NCBI RefSeq assembly: GCF_009914755.1
Contig: NC_060928.1
Strand: one strand, 5' to 3'
Source of the DNA: the human T2T-CHM13v2.0 reference genome, Homo sapiens
Length of the DNA: 64,000 bases
Position 1 is the stretch's first letter. Each line of letters opens with the position of its first letter. The position numbers and the translations under genes were made by a program. A model generated the notes under the pieces. The model had not been told where the DNA came from, made no database searches, and worked only from the letters and a program-made list of their open reading frames with translations. This document shows positions 63,801 to 64,000 of this stretch, one piece after another.

Positions 63801-64000
63801 TCCCCTTTTCAGAGTGGAATATGAAAGCAATTACATCTCATTGTGTTTGAGTGATTGGGGAGATAGATTGGTATTTGACTGTAGTTGTCCTTGACTATCA
63901 GAGCTTCACTTTTTATCAGGCTGTATAGTAGAAGTACGTTGCTTTGGCATAGAAGTCAAAAGAGTGGCATATGAACCTGTTTTCATTGGCTCATTTCTGG

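Overview
Primate, almost certainly human, genomic DNA: AT-rich and packed with Alu, L1, L2, MIR, MaLR/ERV LTRs and Tigger/MER DNA transposons. It holds one complete protein-coding gene, the intronless transketolase-like retrogene TKTL2 (minus strand, CDS 41546-39666, 626 aa), with a CpG-island promoter. About 21 kb away on the opposite strand lie the CpG-island promoter and first exon of what I recognise as TMA16 (the ATG is the last codon of exon 1). This arrangement fits human chr4q32, from recalled gene order rather than a search. Almost all other ORFs in the track are repeat-derived noise. I found no convincing new multi-gene system. The most interesting signals are: (i) three His/Arg-to-Gln changes at transketolase substrate-binding positions in TKTL2; (ii) a ~550-bp inversion that flips the end of a Tigger1 and leaves a perfect 29-bp inverted duplication; (iii) DNA-repair scars, namely a tailless L1 ORF2 fragment, a templated insertion copied from 2.3 kb away and a ~200-bp dispersed duplication; and (iv) LTR-borne CTCF and NF-kB motifs near the two promoters. 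Repeat family names come from remembered consensus sequences and need RepeatMasker/Dfam confirmation.
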